The position numbers and the translations under genes were made by a program. A DNA stretch of 64,000 nt from Phyllobacteriaceae bacterium (lineage in GTDB: Bacteria > Pseudomonadota > Alphaproteobacteria > Rhizobiales > Rhizobiaceae). Where the stretch lies: contig JANPEK010000135.1 of the NCBI GenBank assembly GCA_031422915.1, positions 5,895 to 69,894 of the forward strand. The letters run 5' to 3'. This document shows positions 55,900 to 63,979 of this stretch, one piece after another. Within the stretch, counting starts at the first letter, position 1; every line of letters starts with the position of its first letter. The notes under the pieces are model-generated. The model was not told where the DNA came from. It saw nothing but the letters and a program-made list of their open reading frames with translations, and did not search any database.

Positions 55900-55915
55900 T
55901 TGCAATCGATTGCAA
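55900..55915. promoter_or_regulatory. Perfect 16-bp LacI-type palindrome in the iolD / oxidoreductase divergent region
   Basis: TTGCAATCGATTGCAA is fully self-complementary with a central CG. It lies 57 nt from the iolD start and 19 nt upstream of the ATG at 55934. Confidence 0.6.
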
Positions 55916-55933
55916 AAAATAAGGTTTGTGTCT

Positions 55934-57049
55934 ATGGCCGAGATCGGAATTGGCGTTGTCGGTGCGGGCTACATGGGCAAGGCACACTCGGTGGCCATGG
56001 CCGCTGTCGGTGCCGTTTTTGACACCAGACTACGCCCGCGCCTCGAGATGATCTGCACCACAACGCCGGAGGGTGCACTGCAGAAGGCCCGGGCTTACGG
56101 CTTTGCAAGTGCTGCAAGCGATTGGAAAGCGCTGGTGGAAAATCCCCGCGTTGAAGCGATAGTAATTGCCAGCCCGCAAGAAACACATCGCGAAATCGCG
56201 TTGGCGGCTTTCGGGCTTGGCAAGCCGGTTCTCTGTGAAAAGCCATTGGGTGAAAGTTTGGCCGATAGCCGCGCCATGGTGGCGGCTGCTGAAAATGCCG
56301 GGGCCATCAACATGGTCGGCTTCAACTACATCCGCACACCAGCCTCCCAGCTTGCGCGTGAAGTCATCGCCAGCGGTGAGATTGGCGAGATCACCTATCT
56401 GCGCGGCGAGCATACAGAAGATTTTCTGGCTGACCCGTCACTGCCGTCAACGTGGCGCACGAAAGACCGGGCAAATGGAAACATGGGAGATTTGGCACCA
56501 CACATAATCAACGCGGCAGCTGCACTTGCCGGTCCGATACGGTCACTTATCGCAGATATTCAAATTGTCCATCAGATGAGGCCGGGGCTGAACGGGCATG
56601 AGGCAGTGACCAATGATGATCAGGCGCAGATCATGTGCCGTTTTGAAAATGGTGCCATGGGCGGGCTCTACATCAGCCGCATCGCGACGGGACGCAAGAT
56701 GGGATATGCCTATGACATTTATGGCACCAAGGGTGCAATTCGCTTTGATCAGGAGGATCAAAATGCGCTCTGGCTATACAAGGGTGATCAACGCCCCGAC
56801 AGGCAAGGGTTCACCAAAATTCTTACTGGTCCGGAGCATCCGGACTACAAGCCCTTCTGCCTTGGACCGGGCCATGGAACCGGCTACCAAGACCAGATCA
56901 TCATAGAAGCGCGCGACTTTCTTGAAGCTATCGCCAGCGGACACAGCCGATGGCCAACATTCCGCGATGGCATGATGGTGAACCAGATTATCGAAGCTGC
57001 ATTTTGCTCACACGATGAACGCCGCTGGGTAGATGTCGCTTCAATCTAA
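55934..57049 (+). CDS. Gfo/Idh/MocA-family oxidoreductase (inositol 2-dehydrogenase-like)
   Basis: Start at MAEIGIGVVGAGYMGKAHSVAM (Rossmann GxGxxG). ..VLCEKPLGESLADSRAM... The tracked ORF (55424) over-extends antisense to iolD. Confidence 0.85.
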   Translation: MAEIGIGVVGAGYMGKAHSVAMAAVGAVFDTRLRPRLEMICTTTPEGALQKARAYGFASAASDWKALVENPRVEAIVIASPQETHREIALAAFGLGKPVLCEKPLGESLADSRAMVAAAENAGAINMVGFNYIRTPASQLAREVIASGEIGEITYLRGEHTEDFLADPSLPSTWRTKDRANGNMGDLAPHIINAAAALAGPIRSLIADIQIVHQMRPGLNGHEAVTNDDQAQIMCRFENGAMGGLYISRIATGRKMGYAYDIYGTKGAIRFDQEDQNALWLYKGDQRPDRQGFTKILTGPEHPDYKPFCLGPGHGTGYQDQIIIEARDFLEAIASGHSRWPTFRDGMMVNQIIEAAFCSHDERRWVDVASI

Positions 57050-57074
57050 CTTACGTGGATATATGGAACCGGAT

Positions 57075-57968
57075 ATGACAGTCAAAATTGGAAATGCACC
57101 ATGCTCCTGGGGTATCGAGTTTGCGGATGATGCACGCAATCCCTCATGGGAACGGGTTCTCGATGAGTGCAAGGCCGCAGGCTATGACGGCATTGAACTC
57201 GGCCCCATCGGGTTTATGCCGGAGGATCCTGCGATACTCGGTGAGGCGTTGGCAACGCGCGAACTGACTTTGATCGGCGGCGTGGTTTTTCGTCCGTTCC
57301 ATGATGCCGGAAAATGGGATGACGTGATTGATGCTTCGATCCGCACCTGCAAGGCACTTGTCGCACACGGTGCCAAGCACTTGGTCCTGATCGATTCCAT
57401 TTCACCCCGCCGCGCGCCCACAGCCGGTCGCCCCTTGGAGGCCGAACAGATGAGCGAGCCGGAATGGCGCGATTTCGTGGACCGGATCCGCACCATTGCC
57501 AGCATGGGCACAAATGAATACGGCCTCACTGTTTCGATCCACCCACACGCTGCCGGCTTTATCGATTTTGAGCCCGAGATCGAGCGCCTGCTGAGCGAAA
57601 CACCGTCAGACCTGTTGAAGCTTTGCCTTGATACCGGTCACTCCCATTATGCTGGCTTTGACCCGGTGCCGTTCATGCGTCAGCATATGGAGCGCATTGC
57701 CTACATGCATTTCAAGGATATAAACCCGACCGTGCGAACAGAAATTGTCAAAAACCGAACCGGGTTTTACGATGCATGCGGACAAGGAATATTCTGCAAT
57801 CTCGGCAATGGTCTGACTGACTTCAAAGCTGTCAGGCAACTCCTGCTTGACAACAATTACAAAGGTTGGTGCACCGTCGAGCAAGACTGTGATCCAGAGG
57901 GAGATACGTCTCCCGCAATGGATGCTGTCGCGAACCGCACATATCTTCAATCAATCGGCTTCAACTGA
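57075..57968 (+). CDS. Xylose-isomerase-like TIM-barrel protein (IolE/MocC-like sugar isomerase/dehydratase family)
   Basis: MTVKIGNAPCSWGIEFADD..AGYDGIELGP..VSIHPHAGFIDF..LCLDTGHSHYAG..HFKDI..WCTVEQD... The start could also be 57033 or 57063. Confidence 0.75.
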   Translation: MTVKIGNAPCSWGIEFADDARNPSWERVLDECKAAGYDGIELGPIGFMPEDPAILGEALATRELTLIGGVVFRPFHDAGKWDDVIDASIRTCKALVAHGAKHLVLIDSISPRRAPTAGRPLEAEQMSEPEWRDFVDRIRTIASMGTNEYGLTVSIHPHAAGFIDFEPEIERLLSETPSDLLKLCLDTGHSHYAGFDPVPFMRQHMERIAYMHFKDINPTVRTEIVKNRTGFYDACGQGIFCNLGNGLTDFKAVRQLLLDNNYKGWCTVEQDCDPEGDTSPAMDAVANRTYLQSIGFN

Positions 57969-57981
57969 TGGAAACATTCAC

Positions 57982-59139
57982 ATGAAGAAACTCAACTGGG
58001 GCATGATCGGCGGCGGCGATGGCAGCCAGATCGGACCAGCCCACCGGATCAGTGCCGCAATGGACGGGCACTACACAATGGCTGCCGGCGCGCTTGACAT
58101 CAACGCCGACAAAGGGCGTGAGTTTGCCATCCGACTGGGCATCGCTGCAGATCGGGCCTATGGCGATTGGTACGAGATGTTGGCGGGCGAGCGAGCCCGC
58201 CCTGACAAGATTGACCTTGTCACAGTCGCGACGCCCAACTCGACCCATTATGAAATCACCAAGGCTTTCCTCGAAGCGGGCATTAACGTCCTATGCGAAA
58301 AGCCAATGACGATGACCGTGCCGGAAGCAGAGGACATCGTTGCCGTTGCAGCGCGTACGGGGTCGATTTGTGCCGTCAATTACGGCTATTCCGGCTATGC
58401 CCTCGTGCGCCACATGCGGGCCATGGTCGCGCGCGGAGACCTTGGCAAGGTGCGGCTGATCAAGGCGGAGTTCGCCCATGGTTTTCATGCTGATGCTGCC
58501 GATGCTGACAATCCGCGCGTGCGCTGGCGGTACGATCCTGCACTGGCTGGCATCTCTGCCCAGTTCGCTGATTGCGGCATCCATGCCTTGCATATGGCAA
58601 GTTTCGTGGCTGATCAGGAGCCGGTGGAGCTTACAGCAGATTTCGTGTCCTGCGTGCCATCCCGCACACTTGAAGACGATGCAATGGTTTCCTTCAAAAT
58701 GAGCGGCGGCACCGTGTTGCGCCTTTGGACCAGCTCCGTAGCCATTGGACGGATGCACGGCCTGAACATTCAGGTCTTTGGTGAAAAAGGAGGACTTCGA
58801 TGGGCGCAGGAATGGCCCAACCAGCTCTATTGGACACCGCTGAATGGGCGCACGGAGATACTTGAACGCGGAGGTCCCAATTTGTCACTAGAAGCAGATC
58901 GCGCATCGCGGGTGACAATTGGCCATGCTGAAGGCATGCCGCTGGCGTTTGCAAACATCTATGCGGACTTGGCAGAAGTCATCACCGCCAAGCGCGAAAG
59001 CAGGGTGCCAGACCCTCTTGTGTGCCACTATCCAAAAGCACTCGACGGATTGCTGTCGATGGCGGCAATCAGCGCTGCCGTGCATTCGGCCTCCAACGGC
59101 GGCGCGTGGACAGATGCAAGGCCTCCCTCGCGGCGTTGA
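57982..59139 (+). CDS. Gfo/Idh/MocA-family oxidoreductase
   Basis: MKKLNWGMIGGGDGSQIGPAHR..VTVATPNSTHYEITKAFLEAGINVLCEKPMTMTVPEAEDIV... The tracked ORF starts earlier, at 57847. Confidence 0.85.
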   Translation: MKKLNWGMIGGGDGSQIGPAHRISAAMDGHYTMAAGALDINADKGREFAIRLGIAADRAYGDWYEMLAGERARPDKIDLVTVATPNSTHYEITKAFLEAGINVLCEKPMTMTVPEAEDIVAVAARTGSICAVNYGYSGYALVRHMRAMVARGDLGKVRLIKAEFAHGFHADAADADNPRVRWRYDPALAGISAQFADCGIHALHMASFVADQEPVELTADFVSCVPSRTLEDDAMVSFKMSGGTVLRLWTSSVAIGRMHGLNIQVFGEKGGLRWAQEWPNQLYWTPLNGRTEILERGGPNLSLEADRASRVTIGHAEGMPLAFANIYADLAEVITAKRESRVPDPLVCHYPKALDGLLSMAAISAAVHSASNGGAWTDARPPSRR

Positions 59140-60138
59140 TCAAACAATCAGCGGACGAAGAGACCCGCGCTCTACAATCACGCACGGAAACAGTTGCATG
59201 GTCGGAGGCGCTCGAGTTTCATCCATGCCGACAATGACCTCGACTGCCCGCTGGATAATGTCCGCGACCGGTTGGCGGATCGTTGTCAGGTCATAACCCT
59301 GCCACCCGGCCATTTCCATGTCATTGAACCCGAGAAATCCGATTTCAGACGGAATCGACAGCCCCGCCGATCGTGCAGCGTCCATCGCACCCATGCAGAT
59401 CAAGTCATCTCCGCAGAAGATCGCCTCCACGCGAGTCCGTCTGAGTAAGGCTCTCATGGCTTCAAGGCCGGCCGCATGGGTGTAGTTTTGCGCGTAGGAA
59501 ATACTGGCAATGCTGTGCCCTGCGCTCTTCATCGCCTCGCAAAAGCCTTTGACACGATCCTGCGTCGAGGTTGCAGATTCAGGCCCCCCAATGATTGCGA
59601 TTGTGCGGTAACCTCTCGCCAGCAGCGTTTTCGCCGCCATCTCTCCACAGCCAACATTGTCAATGCCCACCACATCAACGTTGACGTTCGTGTCAAACCG
59701 TCCAAATGCATGAACAACCGGGACATTGGCTTGATGAAACGCCCGGGCAAATGCCGGTGGCAGTGTTGATGTCGCGACAATCACACCATCGACGCTATAT
59801 TGCCTTACCATGTTCACTGAATTCACCGGGTCTGTCTCATCAGTGAGATTGACGAGCAGCGGTCTAAAGCCTCGCGCCTGCAATGCGCGGGTGAACAAAT
59901 CAAAGACCTGCAAGAATACAGGGTTCTGAAAGTTGTTGGCCACAAGACCAATCAGCTTGGTGCGCTTTGTCTTCAAGCTGCTGGCGATTATGCTGGGCGT
60001 ATATCCGAGCGCCACAGCAGCGTCCTCGACCTTCTTGCGCATTTTGGCAGATACGCTTGCGCCGTCCGTGAAAGTTCTGGACACAGCCGATCTCGAAACT
60101 CCGGCGCGCAATGAAACCTCTTTCAACGTTACTGTCAT
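59140..60138 (-). CDS. LacI-family transcriptional regulator
   Basis: MTVTLKEVSLRAGVSRSAVSRTFTDGASVS HTH plus a sugar-binding-fold domain. Convergent, with zero gap, to the oxidoreductase gene. Confidence 0.9.
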   Translation of the reverse strand: MTVTLKEVSLRAGVSRSAVSRTFTDGASVSAKMRKKVEDAAVALGYTPSIIASSLKTKRTKLIGLVANNFQNPVFLQVFDLFTRALQARGFRPLLVNLTDETDPVNSVNMVRQYSVDGVIVATSTLPPAFARAFHQANVPVVHAFGRFDTNVNVDVVGIDNVGCGEMAAKTLLARGYRTIAIIGGPESATSTQDRVKGFCEAMKSAGHSIASISYAQNYTHAAGLEAMRALLRRTRVEAIFCGDDLICMGAMDAARSAGLSIPSEIGFLGFNDMEMAGWQGYDLTTIRQPVADIIQRAVEVIVGMDETRAPPTMQLFPCVIVERGSLRPLIV

Positions 60139-60229
60139 CGTTCTGCAATCAATAGTTGCTGGTACAATTGCTTTTTCATTGGCTCATCTTTGATCGAATT
60201 CCCCGCTCAACTCGAATATTTTTGGACTA

Positions 60230-60286
60230 GGCGGTCTCAAATTTGGAATGCAGAGGCGCGTGCTGCACTTCAATTTTGAGACCGCC
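60230..60286. repeat. 57-nt imperfect palindrome (24-nt arms, 3 mismatches, 9-nt loop)
   Basis: GGCGGTCTCAAATTTGGAATGCAG-aggcgcgtg-CTGCACTTCAATTTTGAGACCGCC; the outer 12 bp are perfect. No flanking T-run on either strand. Confidence 0.6.
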
Positions 60287-60673
60287 AAATCTGGTCACTT
60301 TCACAACTGATAATTCGAAAAGGGCAAACATTTTCTAGGCCATTTAGAATCCTAATCCAAGCTACATCGAATCGGCACAGAACGAAGTAGTGTTCAGGAC
60401 GACGCAGCTTGCGCCCGCCGTGCCTGGTCGGCGCAATCAGAGCCTCCACATGCCCCTTCCGCATTCGTCAAATCGCTCAGATAGCGAAGCCTGTTTCGGT
60501 TGTATGTCTGCCAGTTCACTGTCGCCCAGATAGTGCCACCTGCGAGTCACTCAACTGCACAGAATCACAAGTGATACGAAGGAGTTCGCTTCTTTTCGGA
60601 CGGGCTCTAAGGGAGAAGTGGAGGTTTCTCGTTGCACCGTTGACAAATTCTGGCGGTCAAGCCGGTCTCAACT

Positions 60674-61012
60674 TCAGGCGCTGAATTCATTGTTGGAAGG
60701 ATCGAACCGGTTCAACAACAAAACAATGAGGTCAGTCGAATAGACTTTCTGACCATTGCGCTCATATGTCGAATTCGCCACACGCGCCTCTGCATAAATC
60801 GGGTCGCCCTTCGAAACGTTGGAGCCGACATATTCAATCGTCTTTGCATCAAGAACGGTCAGCGTGCACCAGTCAGTCGTAGTCTGGTTCTCACCAGACT
60901 CGTCTTTCCAATAGCGGTTGGTGCCAACATCAATTTTGGTCACTTTCTGCAAGGGTATAACTTTACCCACGTGACCGAGTATCTGAACCCGATTGATTGA
61001 CCGCATCGCCAA
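60674..61012 (-). CDS. Single-stranded-DNA-binding protein, short OB-fold-only form (no acidic C-terminal tail)
   Basis: MAMRSINRVQILGHVGK..TNRYWKDESGENQTTTDWCTLTVLD..YVGSNVSKGDPIYAEARVANSTYERNGQKVYSTDLIV follows the SSB pattern (NRV.L.G..G, TDW, KG..V..EG, Y.TE.V). It ends ..DPSNNEFSA without a Gly-rich linker or DDxxPF tip. Confidence 0.7.
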   Translation of the reverse strand: MAMRSINRVQILGHVGKVIPLQKVTKIDVGTNRYWKDESGENQTTTDWCTLTVLDAKTIEYVGSNVSKGDPIYAEARVANSTYERNGQKVYSTDLIVLLLNRFDPSNNEFSA

Positions 61013-61033
61013 ATTCCCTTCAATTCTATGCCG

Positions 61034-61534
61034 CTATTTTTTCAACGAAAACCAATGCGTCTCGACTTGGTTGGTCTGACTGTTTCTGATCCGGAAATTG
61101 TACGGCTTGGCGCGCACCGCACGCGGCTTTGACACAACGCAAAAGTGACCCATCACACCGTCACCCCTCGCGACTGTATCTCGGCAATCGCTTTTGTTTT
61201 GCACACAAGTATCAAGTTCACCTCGGCCTATGGAGGTAGAAGTTGATGATCGCGGCGTCCAACCTACAGGGCAATCCTCGTACTTCGCATAACCAGGCTT
61301 GCCAACATCGCCTTCGGGGCATGTCGGCCACGGACAAGCTCCAAAGGTCTTAAATTTGCAGGCGATGAGTTTATACATTGGTGGCAGACAGGACGGCACA
61401 CTCTGCCAGGAAGGATTGTCCGAGGCGGCGCACAAGAGGACTTTGCAGCCCCAGTCACTTGCCACCGCAGGCAACCCGGCGGCCCCTAGAATGGAAAGAC
61501 AAAAACTTATAGTAGCTATGCCACGCTTAAACAT
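61034..61534 (-). CDS. Secreted cysteine-rich protein (hypothetical)
   Basis: Signal peptide MFKRGIATISFCLSILGAAGLPAVAS. The mature part has 10 Cys (..WGCKVLLCAASDNPSWQSVPSCLPPMYKLIACKF..). The CxxLLC..C..Y..I stretch is reminiscent of TrbM-type conjugation proteins, but this was not verified. Confidence 0.55.
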   Translation of the reverse strand: MFKRGIATISFCLSILGAAGLPAVASDWGCKVLLCAASDNPSWQSVPSCLPPMYKLIACKFKTFGACPWPTCPEGDVGKPGYAKYEDCPVGWTPRSSTSTSIGRGELDTCVQNKSDCRDTVARGDGVMGHFCVVSKPRAVRAKPYNFRIRNSQTNQVETHWFSLKK

Positions 61535-61578
61535 TACATTCCCAGTCAGTTGTCAAAAAGAACAAGGCCTCAAAATCA

Positions 61579-61833
61579 ATGACAAGATCCCCGCAATTGC
61601 GGTCCTTTGAAACCGAGACCAGCCGCAAAATTACGGTAAGCATCGGAAAGAATCTTGCCAAGATCCGCAAGGATCGCGGCATGACCAAAGGCCAATTCGC
61701 AGCTGAGCTCGGAATTTCCCAACCGGTTTATCTGGCCATTGAGGCGGGACGTAGCAATCTGACCATCCAGACGATTGGCGGCATAGCTGAACAATTGAAG
61801 GTCTCCGCTGTCGGATTGATGTTGGACACGTAA
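61579..61833 (+). CDS. XRE-family HTH transcriptional regulator
   Basis: ..IGKNLAKIRKDRGMTKGQFAAELGISQPVYLAIEAGRSNLTIQTIGGIAEQLKV.. Divergent from the secreted-protein/SSB pair across a 44-bp gap. Confidence 0.75.
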   Translation: MTRSPQLRSFETETSRKITVSIGKNLAKIRKDRGMTKGQFAAELGISQPVYLAIEAGRSNLTIQTIGGIAEQLKVSAVGLMLDT

Positions 61834-62261
61834 AATATTCACTAACTATACATTGTTCGATTCGCAAGCGGCAGTTTTGAAAAATGCAGACTATTTCTGG
61901 GTGTGGGGAACGGTCCTTGAGTTTCGGAAAGGTGAACCAACGGTGCACATAAAAGTCGAAACAGCGACTGATGGGCCAAGTTTTTGGATCGGAGGTTTGC
62001 GAGCAATAAGCTAGAAGTGCGGCCATTTCGTATGTTTTCGGGAAAAAAGCGTTGCATTCTTGGCGAGAGAATTCTCCTTCGTATCGGTTTGCCGCTTTTA
62101 GAACGCCTTTTGTTGTCCAGACCCCGAATTGATCCAGGTCTCCACAAACTTCTCTTCAAGTCTCGATCCGGCCGCCGCCCTGAACAGCAACCCACGCTGC
62201 CAGTCATTCTCGGGCGCCCGATTCCCAAGGGTTGGCGCAACTCAATTGACTAACTTATATA

Positions 62262-62765
62262 TTGTTTTCTAGAACGCCCTCCGACGTCTTCCACAGAGAG
62301 CTCCAAGGAAGAAGACTGCTCATACCTCGAACGTTTGCACGCGCGTTTCTGGCACTTTCGCTGCTTGTCGCGCTACCGTCGGTCTGTCTTGCCGGTGAAA
62401 ACCCCACGTGGAAGTGGGGCCATGACTGGGTATGCACACAGGGCGGCGCGCTGACCTGCGAACGTGGCGACAGCTGCTCGTTCGGTCCCGCACCTGCGAC
62501 TCATATTCAGATTCTGTTTGAGCACAGCGAAGTCAAAATCGGTGCGGAAGTTTTCAGAATCAGTCGCCACTACTGCCAGCGTATCGACGGATCGCCATTG
62601 ACTGACAAAGTGAAGATCAAGCTGGCCAACAATTCGGTGATTTGGCTGTCGCCAGTGGATGCGGGCGGAATCTGGTCAAACATCTGGACCGGAATGATCA
62701 TTGAGCCCAAACGCGGTGTGGCGCTGTCGGTATCCCACTCGCCTTTCTGCAGGCCGAAGAACTGA
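62262..62765 (+). CDS. Hypothetical secreted protein (start uncertain; no ATG/GTG before the signal peptide)
   Basis: ..RRLLIPRTFARAFLALSLLVALPSVCLAGENP.. is signal-peptide-like. Possible CTG start after AAGGAAG. The tracked TTG start is 62262. No family recognised. Confidence 0.4.
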   Translation: MFSRTPSDVFHRELQGRRLLIPRTFARAFLALSLLVALPSVCLAGENPTWKWGHDWVCTQGGALTCERGDSCSFGPAPATHIQILFEHSEVKIGAEVFRISRHYCQRIDGSPLTDKVKIKLANNSVIWLSPVDAGGIWSNIWTGMIIEPKRGVALSVSHSPFCRPKN

Positions 62766-63174
62766 TACGGCGCTCCAACAGTGGCTCTTTCAAAATCACG
62801 TGTTTGAATGACAGAGCTCCCTACCGTTGCGTAACTATTTTTGCTGCATTGTATATAAAGGGTTGCAATTGCTGAACCGGCGGGGTTATCAACCGCCCGC
62901 AAGAAGGATGTCGCAATCTGTGGCGAGCCACCGCGGTACTTGCCTCGGGGGCAGCCACCGCGGCTCTCAGAGGCGGGATTAGGGGTGACGCTCCGTCACT
63001 CCAAAAAGCAGATCCGCCTCAGCGGTTCCAATACAGGCGGTAGACACATGAGCAATCAACCAAGCCCGTTGCAAGAGGCAGATGCCCTCATTGACATCTT
63101 GGACGCGATATTGCTGCAAATCGGTGCATCGGCGTTTTTTCTGAATCTCACCGCTTCCTGAACCGAGTGACGGC

Positions 63175-63426
63175 ATGATGTTTCAGGAAGGGCTTGAACT
63201 GTGCTGGATGCGCAACAAGGATTTCTATCTGGGAATACTTGAGGTCATCATCGCGCGCATGGAGCAACTCGATATCACCATCGACGAGGTGTCTTTGGCC
63301 TCGGGTCTGGAGCCAAAGCGACTCATTCATATTCTCGGCGGCATGATCGAGGACCTCACTTTACTTGAACTCGACAACCTGTTGATTGCCGTGAAGGTGA
63401 CGCCAACGACCTTTACGGTGGCTTGA
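63175..63426 (+). CDS. Hypothetical 83-aa protein with a degenerate XRE-like HTH segment
   Basis: ..LDITIDEVSLASGLEPKRLIHILGGMIEDLTLLELDNLLIAVKV.. resembles the helix-turn-helix plus following helices of XRE regulators. Weak. Confidence 0.35.
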   Translation: MMFQEGLELCWMRNKDFYLGILEVIIARMEQLDITIDEVSLASGLEPKRLIHILGGMIEDLTLLELDNLLIAVKVTPTTFTVA

Positions 63427-63445
63427 ACGAAACTGCGTGGAACGC

Positions 63446-63979
63446 CTATTGAGCCGGCACTTTCAGCAGCATTTGCACCGGATGCGAAAAACCACCGGCC
63501 CAAAGTCCCTGGCGGGCATTTTTGGCGACAAGCTCGGTGACGAGGTAGTTCGGGTTGACCGGCGCTCCTGATCCGGCAACTGCCGCAAACGCATATCCAG
63601 AAGCAATCAACGCTGTTCCAACGTCAATTGTCACCTTACCCAGTTTCGCGCCGCATACGACAAACATTGCACCGTCATTTGCGGCTTCGAGCGGCTGACA
63701 TGAAGCAGGCGATGTTTGAACAAGCGCCGCGAATTGGGCGATCGAGGCAAGGCCGCAGTCGGCACGCTGCGCGCCTTGAACAAAATCCGTGCCGCGCAAG
63801 CAGGACTGCACGCCATAAAGCCGATACTTCACGCCGTCCTGCGTCCAGGTGTCGCCCGATTCGATCTGGATGTTGCTTGCGATCACAAACTGCTTCTGCG
63901 CCGGCTGACCCAGCACACTTGTCGGCCAAGCCATAAAGGCCGCAAGCAAAAACCGCTTACTGCACATCATCGGCCCCAC
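63446..63979 (-). CDS. Thermonuclease (SNase)-like secreted protein lacking the canonical catalytic motif
   Basis: Signal peptide ..FLLAAFMAWPTSVLG. Body ..GVKYRLYGVQSCLRGT..CGLASIAQFAALV..VVCGAKLG..DVGTALIASGYAFA..ARQGLWAGGFSHP.. follows SNase-family spacing, but the usual R-L-x-G-I-D-A-P-E reads RLYGVQSCL. Confidence 0.6.
   Translation of the reverse strand: MGPMMCSKRFLLAAFMAWPTSVLGQPAQKQFVIASNIQIESGDTWTQDGVKYRLYGVQSCLRGTDFVQGAQRADCGLASIAQFAALVQTSPASCQPLEAANDGAMFVVCGAKLGKVTIDVGTALIASGYAFAAVAGSGAPVNPNYLVTELVAKNARQGLWAGGFSHPVQMLLKVPAQ

Noticed and set aside
55424-55933. 5' extension of the oxidoreductase ORF (tracked as 55424..57049); likewise 21284..21559, 12919..13017, 14393..14431, 44195..44299 and 57847..57981.
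   Set aside because: The extensions run through divergent promoter regions or antisense to neighbouring genes and lack homology. Internal ATGs with RBS and canonical N-termini (Rossmann fold, signal peptide, HTH) are better starts.
60287-60673. Search for an integrase, relaxase or other pseudogene in the ORF-poor stretch between the palindrome and the SSB gene.
   Set aside because: All six frames give only short ORFs without recognisable motifs (for example ..WATVNWQTYNRNRLRYLSDL..). Nothing could be supported.
62570-62902. 110-aa minus-strand ORF overlapping the end of the 62262..62765 ORF.
   Set aside because: It has no motif, no signal and no RBS, and it overlaps a plus-strand ORF that has a plausible signal peptide. 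This cannot be decided from sequence alone, so it was not called.
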